A stretch of DNA of 56,610 nt, counting the filler, from Sphacelaria rigidula (lineage: Eukaryota), in assembly GCA_964200075.2 (NCBI GenBank). It is 5 parts of 5 records of this genome, joined end to end, with 100 filler letters (N's around TTAATTAATTAA, not from the genome) between each part and the next. Parts side by side here need not be neighbours in the genome. Positions count along the whole stretch, not along the records: positions 11,344 to 22,586 come from CAXNAA020005181.1; positions 22,687 to 33,928 come from CAXNAA020005182.1; 3 more parts are not named here. One strand, given 5' to 3'. The notes under the pieces were generated by a model. It had not been told where the DNA came from and ran no database searches. It saw only the letters and a list, made by a program, of their open reading frames with translations. Below, piece by piece: positions 11,344 to 23,590 of this stretch (within the stretch, counting starts at the first letter, position 1; each line of letters begins with the position of its first letter). The translations under genes were made by a program, and so were the position numbers.

Positions 11344-13415
11344 TCCATCTCCTGGTGCACCTCGAGATTCTGAAAAATAACTTCACGCACTCAAGGGCCG
11401 CAAATCGCTCTGGAAAACCCCCCCCCCCCCCCCCCCGACCCTTCAACCCTTCTCCCGAAATCACTCTACATGTCTCATCTTTGGGGACCCTGGTGCCTTA
11501 TTTCAAGCTCTTGAAACCGCCTGTAAGTACCGTTCCCATCGTGACTGTTTTTAATTGCATTACACACCCAGCTCTTCCAGGACGTGTTCCGTTTGAAAAC
11601 TCGGGTATCAAAATTGTCTTGTTTCCTATTACCCGTTTCGACTTTCACTCTCCCAGAGTTTCATTATGTGTGCGACAAAACATCAGGTAGACAAAACATC
11701 AGGCATACGACGCCGAGAAACCGGGAAAATAAACCAATCGCTCAACTACATATATATCTACATGTATCATTCCATATTTTTCACGACTTCTGTCGAGTTT
11801 TCTCTGGCGGCAAGGGATTTTTTTCCCATGCTTTTTTTTGCAGCGCGCTGAGACGGCTCAGCGGTACATTACCGTTCAGGTTTGGGCATTATCTGGTACC
11901 TGTGGCGCGTGTTCTGGCCACCGAAAGTCGCTCAAATTGGCCCTTTTTTGCGGGGTGTCGATCCCGAACCACGAAAGCCTTTTCAAGATCATAGAAAACT
12001 TGAAAAAAGAACCCGAACCACAAAACATGCCTGTTGAAGATTATGGAAATCTTCAAACACGATTACTTTTGCCAGGGTATCATTTTCCCGTGTTTCTCTT
12101 CTTCGCGTTCTCGTTCATTTTGGGAGCACGAATACACCGGTGATGCCGCCGATGTCACGAGAACATGAGAGCAAAGCAGTTGAAAACAATTGAACATTGC
12201 CTTGGCTTTGGTCAGCAGCAAACACAACACCGTGCAACGGGCCGTTGGCCAGTTGAACAAGGCGCCGTAGTACGGCAGCACAGGAATGGTTTGCCGCAAA
12301 AACAATCACCCTGTTTTGAAAAAAAGTCCCAGTGATGTGGAAACCACAGTGATGTACGAAGAACATGCCAAGAATGTTCCACGCATTCCAACTTTTCGGG
12401 AGTGTCTCCCGCTCTCATGTCTTTGTGCCACGAGAGCTACTTCGCACTCTGGCACCTCGGAAATACCACACATACATGTCCTACGCCGGCGGTTCCGCCG
12501 TTGGCCTCCTTCCGAATTCCCATACACTGACCAGCACTAAGCCTAACCCTAACCCCGACCCAAGGCGTACGACACCCTCGGGCTAGGAGGGTGCATATGT
12601 TCATGTTCCCGTAGACAAAGTGTGTGTTGGCAGACCTCAAATCGTCGCCGCAGGCGCCGATTTCAACAAAAACACGTTTGTTCCTCTCATGAATGTGGAG
12701 TATTTGTTATGAATATGAATATCAAATGCGACGCAACGCAAAACCAATTCAGACCGTAACATGCACATTTGTGCATGTGTTCATCGCTGCTACTTCACTT
12801 CCTACTACACGCCTCTTCTAATTCCCTCTGAAACTTGTGCTATACGCAAAGCCCGAAGCCTTCCCCTCCCGGTCTGACTACGAAGGAAAGAAAGAATTCA
12901 AGCAAAACTGCCGGTTCGTTTTCCCCCGTTGCCCCAAGCTTAAATCTCTACCTCTGTGGCCTATTTATTAGATCGACCGTTCAACAATTGCCCTCACATT
13001 AGCCTAGGTTATTCACATTCGTACCCCTTCCACAAACCGGAGACCCCGCTACGCTCCGATCTTTCACTTCTGGATGAGCTGGGTCCCCTGCTCACCTGCC
13101 CCACACCATATTTTTTTTCATAACTTTCTCAAGTCTAAAATCAAGTAGTCATCCCCGTCCACCATTGTATACGATCATCTCTTTAGGTCTACTGAACACA
13201 TGCGATGTTTTGTACGCAGCCACGATCACTGCTGCACATTGAGATACAACAGCCTCTCTGGACCACATATTTTCGACTTGCGTCACCCCCGGGAGGCTCG
13301 TACCAACCTCTCGAAGGGGAACCTTGTACATATATATATATATATATATGTTGATGACCACAACACCGCTGATGCTGAGGTCTCCCTACGCGTCCCTCGT
13401 GCCGTCCCCGCGCAG

Positions 13416-14647
13416 GTGCTGGTGGCGCAGATGGGCTAGAATGGCTCGAACACGCCATTACAGGCCAATACGACGTACCTCATTCTGCCGAGGCGGAATC
13501 TACCCCTGAAGATCTTCTTGCGGCTGCTCTTCACGGAAAAATGCCACAAACCGTCTGTCAAACACAATACACGCCTTCCCTGCCCAGCTCCAGCCGTACA
13601 GGGCCCGACCTGCGTACCACTGCTACTGTTGTTTCTCACCGTGTTGGAGCGTCTTCTTCCTCTCGTTCTGCTAAGGCTGCCAATCTTTCGGTGAGGAAAG
13701 GCTCCGTCGGTACCAACAGGATAACGCCTGGCGGGTGGTTGACAGTGGGTAAGCTCGGTTTACCTCCGGCAGATGATGACGATAATGATGATACCGAGAG
13801 CAATGGTCGTGACAACGCAAATCCTTTGGCGCTGTCTACGTCGACACGAGGCTTTCGATCAACGGATTATTCGCACCATGCAATCAGCCTAGGAGCAGGA
13901 GCACCGACACCTTCGACAACGCTGTCCAATACGCCGTGTGGATGGCTCGCTGCAGCGGTCGCATCTAGAAGTCTAGGTGCTCCCGGTGCGGTCGAACCAG
14001 CAGTAGGCACCGACATCGACGACGACACAGACGACGGTCGCTACCCTCGGGCAGCACGCACAATAGTCAAAACATCCACTGTCAGCACCCAGTGGGAGGA
14101 TGGCGTACGCGCTGGATCATCAACGCGGAGCCGTCTTCCGCCTTGGGCAAAAATGTACACTGCTCCATCAAGCGATTCTGAGAGTAACGTCGGTTCGGCC
14201 GCCCCTGTGTGCCCACCAGAACACGCCGGCAATCGACGGTCAAGCTCTGACAGAGGACTTTCCTCATGGACCCGCGAGCCGCAAGTCGCTGCAAAAATAG
14301 CGCGGACGGCAAGGGAAGATAGTGCAACGGACACGGCAAGCCACATGATCGGACAGTCACCCGCAATGGTCACTCTAGCGATCCAGTGCGGAGAACCAAT
14401 GATCCAGTTGCTGATGCCCGCAGAGGGCCAACACGGCTCAGATTCCCAGGTGGATCTCGAGGATGGTAGTTGCGCCCCAGCAACAACAGATACTGTCCTC
14501 GTTCCACGGCCTTGGGTGACAGCAGGGAACGACGGTGTGCAACATTCAAAGTGGAACAATGAAGAGAACGCTTCCGAGAATGGCGAAGAACGGCGGTGGC
14601 CGGATCGGTGCCTGTCGCAAGCAACGGTGGTCCAAGGCTACGAGTAG
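13416..14647 (+). CDS. Probable terminal exon of an uncharacterised Ser/Thr/Asp-rich, largely disordered protein
   Basis: Pyrimidine-rich acceptor ccgtccccgcgcag at 13415 opens a stop-free frame (GAGGADGLEWLEHAITGQYDV...) continuous with the 368-aa ORF 13541-14647. No recognisable domain. Confidence 0.5.
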
Positions 14648-16049
14648 AGATCTTTATAGGGAACGGTGCTTATCTCAAGCACTGGCGGTTCACTACTGCA
14701 CACACTTCTTGATTCTACGGTAATAGTAGACATTTCAATTAGATGTAGTGTGTGCATGTAGCATGTATCAGAGCACACAAAGCTTTGACTATCAACACGC
14801 GAACGTTAAGACTCCGTGTGGTCATCACACGAACGCTGCTCTGACTAAAGGATTTTTTGAACCAATAAGTGGATGATTTCCGTAGTGTTTATTGGATACT
14901 TTCCGCTAAAGCAATGTTTCTACTATAATAGAAGGGCCGATACATGCACATACAAAAGTGTCATCGGTCAGCTAACTTTAACCCCCCCAGTTCAGTACTT
15001 TATCGTCTAACTACACCCAACTGCGATCGTACGCCGTAGCGTGAGGCCCGTGCATGTCAAGCGGCCTATCTTCGATAGCGGTGAGATTACTGGGTAGATG
15101 GGAATATCCATGGCTCATCCAGAAAAACATATTTTTGCTCCATGCGTCGGCGCACGGAAGCCTCATTTACCAACCCCAGCTGTTCCTTGGCTCCCGACTT
15201 GTTCAAGGTGCACCGCAAGCAGAACAAGGGTAAACCATCCTCTCCCGCCGCCCAGAGGGCGTCTTCGGACTAAGCGATATCCATCAGCATGTCCGCACTG
15301 CATTCTTATTCTCATCTCCGAGCAGCCTCCTCCTCAATCTAAAGCGACTCCCACCCTCTGTTTTTCTATCGATATCGTTTCCGTCGCTGCGACCGGTGCT
15401 ACCTCGTCTTCTCCGCTAAATTTTGCCGAAACTTCACCTAAAGTGTGCCTGTTCACCAGTGCGTTCCTTCCGCTTACAACGGTCTCGTCACCGTCGAACT
15501 CCCCTTTCGGTACCTGCATGTGTCGGCCCCGTTCTTATTTTTTTCGAGTCGCCGTGCTCGGAATGGATCGGCATTGTGTATACCGAGACCCGCGGGAGGA
15601 CGGTGTTTATATCATATCCCCACCACTTACCTATCCATGCGTCCTTGAAACCTTCCCGTCTGTGGGTACAGGCAGCGTCGGCAAGACATGTTTTAAACTT
15701 ACTGCTTCGTGCAGGAGTTCTATGCAGTGCACAAAACGCGTTGCCAGAGAGTGCTACATGCTGTGGTGCGCGTCTTCACAACCACTATGCATCGTTGCTG
15801 AAGCACGCAGCGATACAAAAGCCTTTCCAAAGTTGGCACCTTGCCCGGACTATGTTGAATCGACGAGAAATATCGTTCCGGCTGGCACATGAGCCGCTGC
15901 CTACCTGCACCCCAATCATCACTCACACCACCTGGCAGCCGCTTGGGGGACTGTCGAACGATGTGATCTCCCGATGTCGGAGTCTTCCCCCCCAAGTCGG
16001 TGTGATCCCCGATTCCCGCGGCGCCGTGGCCATCTCCATTCTCGCATAT

Positions 16050-17790
16050 CGAACAGAGACCTCCATGAAAGATGCTAAAGGTGAACAGCCGCAGCCAAGA
16101 GTAGCGTCGACACGGTGCGTTCGCTTTCAACCGGGGTGCAAGCGCGTGAGGAACTACTGCAGGTCGGTGAGGAGCCGCGCAGACACTTCCATTGTCAAGA
16201 TGTCAGAGAGTGTGTACCGGCGGCGCGTCAACAGCCTGAAAGAGGAAGCCGCATGTCGTCAGGACGGTGGCCCACTGCTGGGGTCGCTGAAACCTGATGG
16301 ATGCATCAATGGTGATGCCACCAACGTTACTAATAAATGGGATGAGGAGATACGATACCGTAGCAAACCGGCCGCGGCTGCGTACTCGTAATGCAATGGA
16401 AGGTGTTGTGCGTATTGCTGTTGTTATCAAAAGAGACCAATGGCGCCTGTTCCAGCCAACCCAACTCCTGTCGCTCGAACGATGTGGTCCAAACAAGTGT
16501 CAGAAAAGCATCGATAGTCTGTTATTGTGACGTGGGGGGAAGTCTTCGAGGGTGTACAAATCTAGCATGTTATCGGGAGGTCACGAGGTATCAACACATT
16601 TTCAGCATGTTGGACAACCCGCTGAAGCACGCGACGCTTGAAAATGCTCCTCAACCAACCTCTCTGCCCTCCGATGTATCACTCGGTTTTCGATCATGAG
16701 GTCCTGGAATTTCGAGGAGTGGAACGCATCCGCAATTACTTCGAACGGATGAACTGCCGTTCCAGTTTTCTCTTCCACTAGTGACTTCGTTTTAGCAATG
16801 ACAACCTATACTTTTTTACTCGTACTCCCCCCCCCCCAGTAGTAGTGCATGCCTTTAAGTTGCCGGTACGTCCCCAATTTTTCAGGACGGTACGCTGAAG
16901 ACTCGAGTGAAAACTCCGAGAGCACACTTCGTCGTCTCTTCCGCTGGGACCGGCCTGTATGAACTGCAATCGATTTCTTTAGGCAGCCGCATTTCATGCC
17001 AGGGAATGGATCCCAGTGTCCTAAGTATCGTGCTGATGATATAACAGGTTATGAGTCTGGACGAAGTCATGTTCGTTCAAAACGAAAACAAATTTCTCCT
17101 GGTTGGATGATCGCTTCATGTCCTTGCTTTCGATGTACGTATGTACGAATGGTATGGTCAAAATCTTGAACAACGTCGGGGGCGTCAACGATTAAAAATA
17201 TGCGGCGATTTTGCGTTGTTGTCCGACACAGTGCCGACTTTGCTGCCTCTGCCCTCGATTGGGATGCTCGCCTGCGTCGCTGCAAGACTACCCGGACAGT
17301 GCATTGACAATAACTTGCTGAAATAAACGATTAGGTTGCACGAAGGATATATAGTAATGACTTGTGTATTTCGAAGTTTGGTATCTTTTGCGAGGCCTGG
17401 GCTGTGTGAAGTACTCACGCTAGGTGTCATGGGGAATTGCGTGTGACGACCTTGATGCACATACGTTGCGAGAGCAATGCTACGGTAGGGGTTGCACTTT
17501 TTCAGTGAAAACGTTTCTCGGGGCTGCCCGGGGTGTTGGACGGATCATTTTGATAATCGTCGTCATTTTTACTTGAAAAAGACTGAAAACGATGCCGATT
17601 CACGAAAAGGCCCTTGCGTGCAAAAACCATGTTTCCGGGATTTCGGTCCCCGGATATGTGGGCTGGACGGTAAGCCCTATATATTCGGGCTCTTGCAAAA
17701 AGAGACAAAAAAATGTGCACCCCGTACCGTAGCATTGCTCGCGAGTGACGCGGACCCATCTTTTCACGTGGGCGTGTAGCTCGAGCGCGT
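16050..17790 (+). pseudogene. Possible decayed DDE transposase (P-element-like motif order)
   Basis: Fragments in different frames: CINGDATNV, LFQP, SVFDHE, HAFKL, YVCTNGMVKILN, ASDA..F. Many stops and frameshifts; recognition is by eye only. Confidence 0.2.
17472..17740 (+). mobile_element. MITE family A copy 4
   Basis: GAGCAATGCTACGGTA...TACCGTAGCATTGCTC; TSD GCGA on both sides. Confidence 0.9.
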
Positions 17791-17801
17791 GCAGAGGGGT
17801 A

Positions 17802-18054
17802 GAGCCATGCTACGGTAGGGGTGCACTTCTTTGGCGAAAATGTTTTTCGGGGTGTTGGACGAGTCATTTTGAGAATCGGCATCATTTTTACTTGAAAAAT
17901 ATTAAAATTTATGCTGATTCACGAAGAGGCCCCTGCGTACATCTCCATGCCCGGTCCCCGGATATTTGGATTGCACAGTAAACCCAATATATTTGGGCTT
18001 CCACAAAAAAGTGACCCAGACACAAAAAGCGCAACCCCTATCGTAGAATGGCTC
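17802..18054 (+). mobile_element. MITE family A copy 5
   Basis: GAGCCATGCTACGGTAGGGG...CCCCTATCGTAGAATGGCTC; flanks GGTA/GGTG (3/4 TSD match). Confidence 0.88.
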
Positions 18055-18632
18055 GGTGGGTACAAATTACACGTCGTAGTTGAGTTTTTTTTGCTCAATG
18101 AGCTTGTGGTTTGACCCCCTCCCGTTCTTTTTGCCGTCGCTCGTTTGTCACCTTTCGGTCTCCAGACTATCCTTGGCATTCATGGTACCACCGCCTGTCC
18201 CGGCACACAGACGCGACGTGCTTGAAAACGGTGGGTTGAATCTAGGATTGATGTCGTGAGTATGGAGATGCTCAACTGCACCGTTTCACATTTCACATAT
18301 TCGTGATTATGCGACCCTCAATGGGGCCCCATTTCTCATAGTAAATTCATCACAGATTTCAAACAATCAGGGCTAATTTCAACCGACGGCAGTGACTCGA
18401 CGGTAGTGCATACTTGACTCACCAACGACCAACGAAAACCGAATGGCACGAACAAGCGCACGCGACAGCTCTGTCCGCTTCCTGGGTGCACGATCCGAAC
18501 TGCTGACCATGACACACAACGCTGTGAAAGCTGTAAAAGGACGCAAGCTGCTCGACCTCACCGACGGAATCGCGAAACAACTCCAAACATGCGTTGTGTT
18601 TGTGTTACCGGCCCGACTGCAAGCTCTAACTG

Positions 18633-19053
18633 ACAGCCGATCATCAAAATTGATGATCATTTCAACGAGAACAATAAAAATCTTCGTATCCGAACCAAAT
18701 CTTCGAAATATGGTTGCATTCCTTCACCTCCAGGTAGCTATTAACAACTACTATGCGTCACAATAAATTGGATTCCGATGACCAGAATGCTGGAATCCTA
18801 CGTGAGAAAACAATCCTGGGGAATTTAGGTGATCAAAACCGACCGCCCGATTTTCCCAGAATCATTTCTTACACCTAGGACCCCAACATTTCCGTTATCG
18901 AAATCTAAATTCGTAGTGCGTGTATAGTACTTCGACTACCAGGAGGTGAAGGAATACAACCATATTTTAAATAATTGTTGTGGATACGAAGATTTGAACT
19001 TCCCGGTCAATCTTCAATGAAAAGCTCCGTCCTCAATTTTGATTATCGGCTGT
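18633..19053. mobile_element. MITE-like element with long degenerate inverted repeats
   Basis: ACAGCCGATCATCAAAATTGA / TCAATTTTGATTATCGGCTGT termini; inner inverted arms (atcttcgtatcc, aaatatggttg, ttccttcacctcc). TSD unclear. Confidence 0.65.
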
Positions 19054-19377
19054 TGACTGATGATACTCGAGCGCATACAAACGCATGGTCGTCGTCAGGA
19101 GACGCACAGTCGTAGTGATTGACCGTGACGCAAGTAGTACCCAAGACCGACGGGCGGAAAGTGACGCTCTACCGCCATCAGCAAGTTCAGGCATATTTCT
19201 GGAGGCAATAAATACGACAGCAATTTACAACTAGACAACATAAATAAAACATAACCGACGGGGAATACCAAGATTATACAACGATGGCCCACGAGCAGCG
19301 GAGAACAGCATCGGTCGTGAACAGAACCGACTACAACGATTCTGAAAACACTCCACTAGCGACCAACTTGACAAACA

Positions 19378-19735
19378 TCACCGCCCAACATCATTCTTCT
19401 TGTAATCTGGCAAATAAGGCGCGGCCATGGCAAACACCGTTCCGAGGAAGTTGTAGCTCAGCATCTTCGTTCCCACGCGTACGCCAATCGCCATACCACC
19501 GATATCGCGCCAAACCACGCGCCCGATGCTCTTGAAAATTTCTTCGGGTAGAACGTTGGGCGCAACCGCTGACTTTTTGGCTTTGTCCATCATATCGATC
19601 TTGTGGTCGAGGTTGTTGTAGAATTGGCTGTTGACTGGGGATGGGTGCACGGCAAGAACATCTATGCCCTTGGCGTGCACCTCCACTGAGAGAGATGCGG
19701 CGAGGTTGGATAAAAAGGCCTTCGTTGCCCCGTAC
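19378..19735 (-). CDS. Last exon of a short-chain dehydrogenase/reductase (17-beta-HSD12 / 3-ketoacyl-CoA reductase-like)
   Basis: Acceptor ccgctcgcag|G TAC GGG GCA ACG AAG gives catalytic YGATK, then AFLSNLAASLSVEVHAKGIDVLAVHPSPVNSQF; stop at 19378. Upstream exons not found in this contig. Confidence 0.85.
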
Positions 19736-19949
19736 CTGCGAGCGGAAACGGAGCGTAGCAGACAAGCCAACAGTTCAAGGCCTGGTACTTCGGTAACTTG
19801 AAAGTCGGGGAAGGTTGCAGCTTGAGCAGAGCTTTCCATGCAGTCAAACACGGTCCGAATGGTTTACATGAGCGACAGTCAAATTGCCTGGGCGCGTGAT
19901 GGGAGCGAACCCATTTACAGTGAAGAATCGTGGTCTACATACAACAATT

Positions 19950-21490
19950 AATTAATTTATCTTTTTCGCCGTTGAAGAGCATTGGACGCAGGTGCACTTT
20001 TTGTCATTTTTTCACTTGATTTCAGAGTACATTTTTTCGCGCCCATTTCATTCTCCCTGAAGCTCCGAGAAGCCAGTATTGACTCTTACTAGATTTTAGA
20101 GTACAGCGGAGTACAGCGAAGTACAGCGAAACGGGGTCGTCGTTCTGTCAACCTCTGACACGTTTTCCGCTTCCATTTCGGTAGACATTTCGCTTCAGGT
20201 CGATTCGGGAGCATCGCTTTCATCGCTTTCTCGGTAGTGTTCTGCATGGTGTTTTCATCCATTTCGTTCCGCCGTTTTTTCCTTGCCGTGGAGGTAGACC
20301 CTTCGTTCGTCGACCCTTCGACCACGTCACACGGCATACAGGCCTTCCAATCGCTCCGCCGTTCTTGGTCAGAATCCCAGAACGTTCACATAAGCTCTGA
20401 GAACCGAGCATTTCCCCTTACTATAGTGAGTCGCGAAGTTTCCCGTGTGTACAGACCAGAACGTCTCTGCCATCATGAGTCGAGGACTTTCCCAGCGTCT
20501 CTGCCCGATCAAGCATCACCTGACCTCACAGTATCACAGTACACGTTTTCCGCTTCCATTCCGCTAGACATTTCGCTTCAGGAAGTTTCAGGAGCATCGC
20601 TTCCCCGGCAGTGTTTTGCATAGTATTTTCATTCATTTCATATTCATAACCGTTCCGTCGTTTTTTCCACCGCACACAGGCCTCCCAATCGCTCCGCTTT
20701 TTTTGGTCAGAATCTCAGAACGTTCCCAGAAGCTCTGACAACCGAGCATTTCCCCTCACTTGATCATAAACAGGGCAGAACGTCTCTGCTTTCATGAGTC
20801 GTGGACTTTCCCAGCGTCTGTGCCCGGTTCTCTCAACCTCTTACAAGCATTACCTGATTTCACAGTATCACAGTATTTCCGCTTCCACTCCGCTAGACAT
20901 TTCGCTTCAGAAGGTTTCTTTTGCATAGTATTTTCATCCATTTCATATCCATAACCGTTCCGCCGTTTTTTCATCGCACACAGGCCCCCCAATCGCTCCG
21001 CTTTTTTTGGTCGGAATCCCAGAACGTTCCCAGGAGCTCTGAGAACCGAGCATTTCCCCTTACTCAACCCCTAGACCGCGAGCTTAGTCTTCTGTTGAAT
21101 CGGCATCAATTTCAAGTGGAAAAAAGTATGCATGATCCAGAAAGACAAATCTCGCGGTCTAAGGGTTAACCCCTAGACCGCGAGGTTAGTCTTCTGTTGA
21201 ATCGGCATCAATTTCAAGTGAAAACATCAATTATATCATTCATCTTTTTCGCCGTTGAAGAGTATTTCATCTTTTTCACTTGATTTTAGAGTACCTTTTT
21301 TCGCGCCCATTTCATTTTCCCAGGAGCTCTGAGAAGCCAGTATTGCCTCTTACTTGATTTTAGAGTACACCGAAACGGGGTCATATCGTTCTTTCAACCT
21401 CTGAGAAGGCAACATTGCCTCTTGCTTGATTTCACACACGTTTTTCATGTCAGCATCTTCGCTTTCATTCTGCTAGTCATGCGTTTGGAG
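19950..21490. repeat. Composite repeat: three ~300-bp tandem units bracketed by a duplicated ~150-200-bp block
   Basis: cgcttccattccgctagacatttcgcttcag...ccaatcgctccg...agcatttcccct occurs three times (~20160, 20545, 20875); atctttttcgccgttgaagag block at ~19958 and ~21242. Confidence 0.75.
21068..21223 (+). mobile_element. piggyBac-like 98-bp mini-element (family B) plus a tandem truncated copy
   Basis: TCAA|CCCCTAGACCGCGAG...CTCGCGGTCTAAGGG|TTAA (21068-21165); second copy starts at 21170 and shares the TTAA. Confidence 0.75.
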
Positions 21491-21775
21491 GGTTTGGAGT
21501 GCAAACACTCTATTATACTCTACAAGCTTTCCGCGCTCTGTGGCGTGGATGAGGAAGTTCCTACGGGTTCCGTTTGACCGTTCGAGATGCCACCTGTCAT
21601 CATGACCCGCGACCTGCTTTTTCCAACTTCATGTGTACCCTGGGATAATGGCAAAAACACTTGCGGCTAGTCAGTGCCGCATGACCACGGCCCCGACCGT
21701 GGTGCAACTTCGGTCACACTTTCAATCCAAGCCAGCACAACCAACGCAGGGTATAGTAGTAGTACCACAGTATCA

Positions 21776-22580
21776 TGTCGCACTCTCTCTCATCTCTCAC
21801 TACTCGTCGCGTGGTCGAGTCTGCGTGACTTGCCACTGCTCGCTCGGAAACGAAAATGCTTTGTGTTCATTATTCAAAATTTGAAGATTCTTTACTCGCT
21901 TACTTCCATCCTCCATCCATGTATGATACACACCGACAAATTATCAAGGGAAAATAGTAGGTGCTGCTTTGTGTACCTGGATAAGAACAACCGAGGTAGA
22001 GAGCGTGGCGTGTACCGGGACAGACAACATGATGGCGACCATACCATGTTCTGCTGGTCGTTACTTCTGTTTAGTCCATCGCTACCACCATGTGCGCTGC
22101 GCCGTCTCTACAGCAAAGTGAGTGATGGCCTACAGACATGACTGGACACGTGGCAATGTACTGTATGTACACGGGAGCCCAAATAAAACAACAGTACAGA
22201 CAGTGCAGTCATCTTCTCTTCTGTCCTCCCGCTGCGTTCCCCTCTTCGTCCATCAGGACTACTGAAGGATCAGATTCCACCAAAGCTCCGGGAAACGTGA
22301 CCCATTTTTACCGTCAGGGTGGACATTCCGAAGTAAAAACTGTTCCGAAAGAACAGAGGACCCACCCTTGTTGTGACACGTTCTCCATGTTTTTCAAAGA
22401 GCGGACGGATGCTGTGGAGATGGCACGGCGCACATGGCGTTACTCACAAACAGTGAAATACCACGTAATCTTTAAATTTGAAGTAATCAACACAAATCAT
22501 TTTTGTTTCCGAGCGAGCAGTGGCAAGTCACGCAGACTCGACCACGCGACGAGTAGTGAGAGATGAGAGAGAGTGCGACA
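21776..22580. mobile_element. Non-autonomous TIR element with ~115-bp TIRs, TGT...ACA ends and 3-bp TCA duplication
   Basis: TGTCGCACTCTCTCTCATCTCTCACTACTCGTCGCGTGGTCGAGTCTGCG... and its reverse complement ending at 22580; TCA at 21773-21775 and 22581-22583. Confidence 0.85.
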
Positions 22581-22586
22581 TCATGA

Positions 22587-22686
22587 NNNNNNNNNNNNNN
22601 NNNNNNNNNNNNNNNNNNNNNNNNNNNNNNTTAATTAATTAANNNNNNNNNNNNNNNNNNNNNNNNNNNNNNNNNNNNNNNNNNNN
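22587..22686. other. Artificial contig-joining spacer
   Basis: 44N-TTAATTAATTAA-44N. Confidence 0.98.
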
Positions 22687-22765
22687 CGTCACGAGTCGAC
22701 TCATCATACTAAAACCAAGCAATTTTCAGACGAATCATTAGTTGTCCGACCCTTGAAAAAGACGT

Positions 22766-22790
22766 ACCTACCTACCTACCTACCTACCTA
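22766..22790. repeat. (CCTA)n microsatellite
   Basis: tacctacctacctacctacctaccta. Confidence 0.85.
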
Positions 22791-22974
22791 AACACGGAAC
22801 GATATATTGAGTAACACCTAGGTCTCCTCCCTTCACCGCTCTCACTACGGACATGTTGTGTAGTGGGGTGGTATCCACCGTATGTGTAAAGTACCCTGTA
22901 TCCCCTCTTTCGTCGGCTTGAGGGGCAATTGATTACAGCAGACCCGCGGAACTTTCTGCTTTCGGCTACGGCTC

Positions 22975-23590
22975 CGGCGGCTCGTTATCGAAGGGGATAA
23001 TCCCTTTTGAAAATCCCACAACGACAAGTTCAAGTGTTGTCGAGAAACAGTTTTTTTCCCAGGTCGACGCCCAGATCTACACAGGGGTTCAGGAATGCGG
23101 CGGTTCTGTACTGCTACAGACAGGACACAACAAGGCAAGACGACACCTACACACCGAGCCCCGAAGAAACACGCACAGACACCCACCACTCACGCGCATC
23201 AGCTGCAGCGCCCGCCGTTGCTATTTTACACGGGCGGCCTTCATTTGACGGAAATCCCTTCTGTATTGGATGAAAGGCGGCCGTGTGCGTGTCAAATTAC
23301 AACCGAAATTGGGTCATTCCTGACCGTTTGTCTGAACACGCTGTGCACGCGTCTCACACAATCACTGTTCCTTATTGAATTATCAACATTTTAAGCAAGG
23401 TCACGCATAATGTGCCCAGCTGATGAGCAGCTACAGCTCGAGCTGTGTGTTTTTGGCTTGCGGGGGCAGTGCATTTTTCAGGTTTTGCTATATCAGCAAG
23501 CTTTTGCATATGCCCCTGTCAACGGGACACCTGTGTTCTCGTTCGAGGTGTTCACAAAGTCCACTTTGCGAAAGGTATTATAGGAAGTGT
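22975..23590. mobile_element. Diverged partial copy of the Tourist-like element at 54860-55648
   Basis: ttatcgaaggggataatccc...aaaatccc end motif and internal tgatgagcagctac..ctcgagctgtgtgtttttgg shared in reverse orientation. Confidence 0.6.

Noticed and set aside
12537..12592. CTAAGCCTAACCCTAACCCC telomere-like motif and adjacent CACCCTC/GAGGGTG hairpin
   Set aside because: Only 2-3 imperfect units and no clear Helitron CTRR end; not enough to call a telomere or a Helitron.
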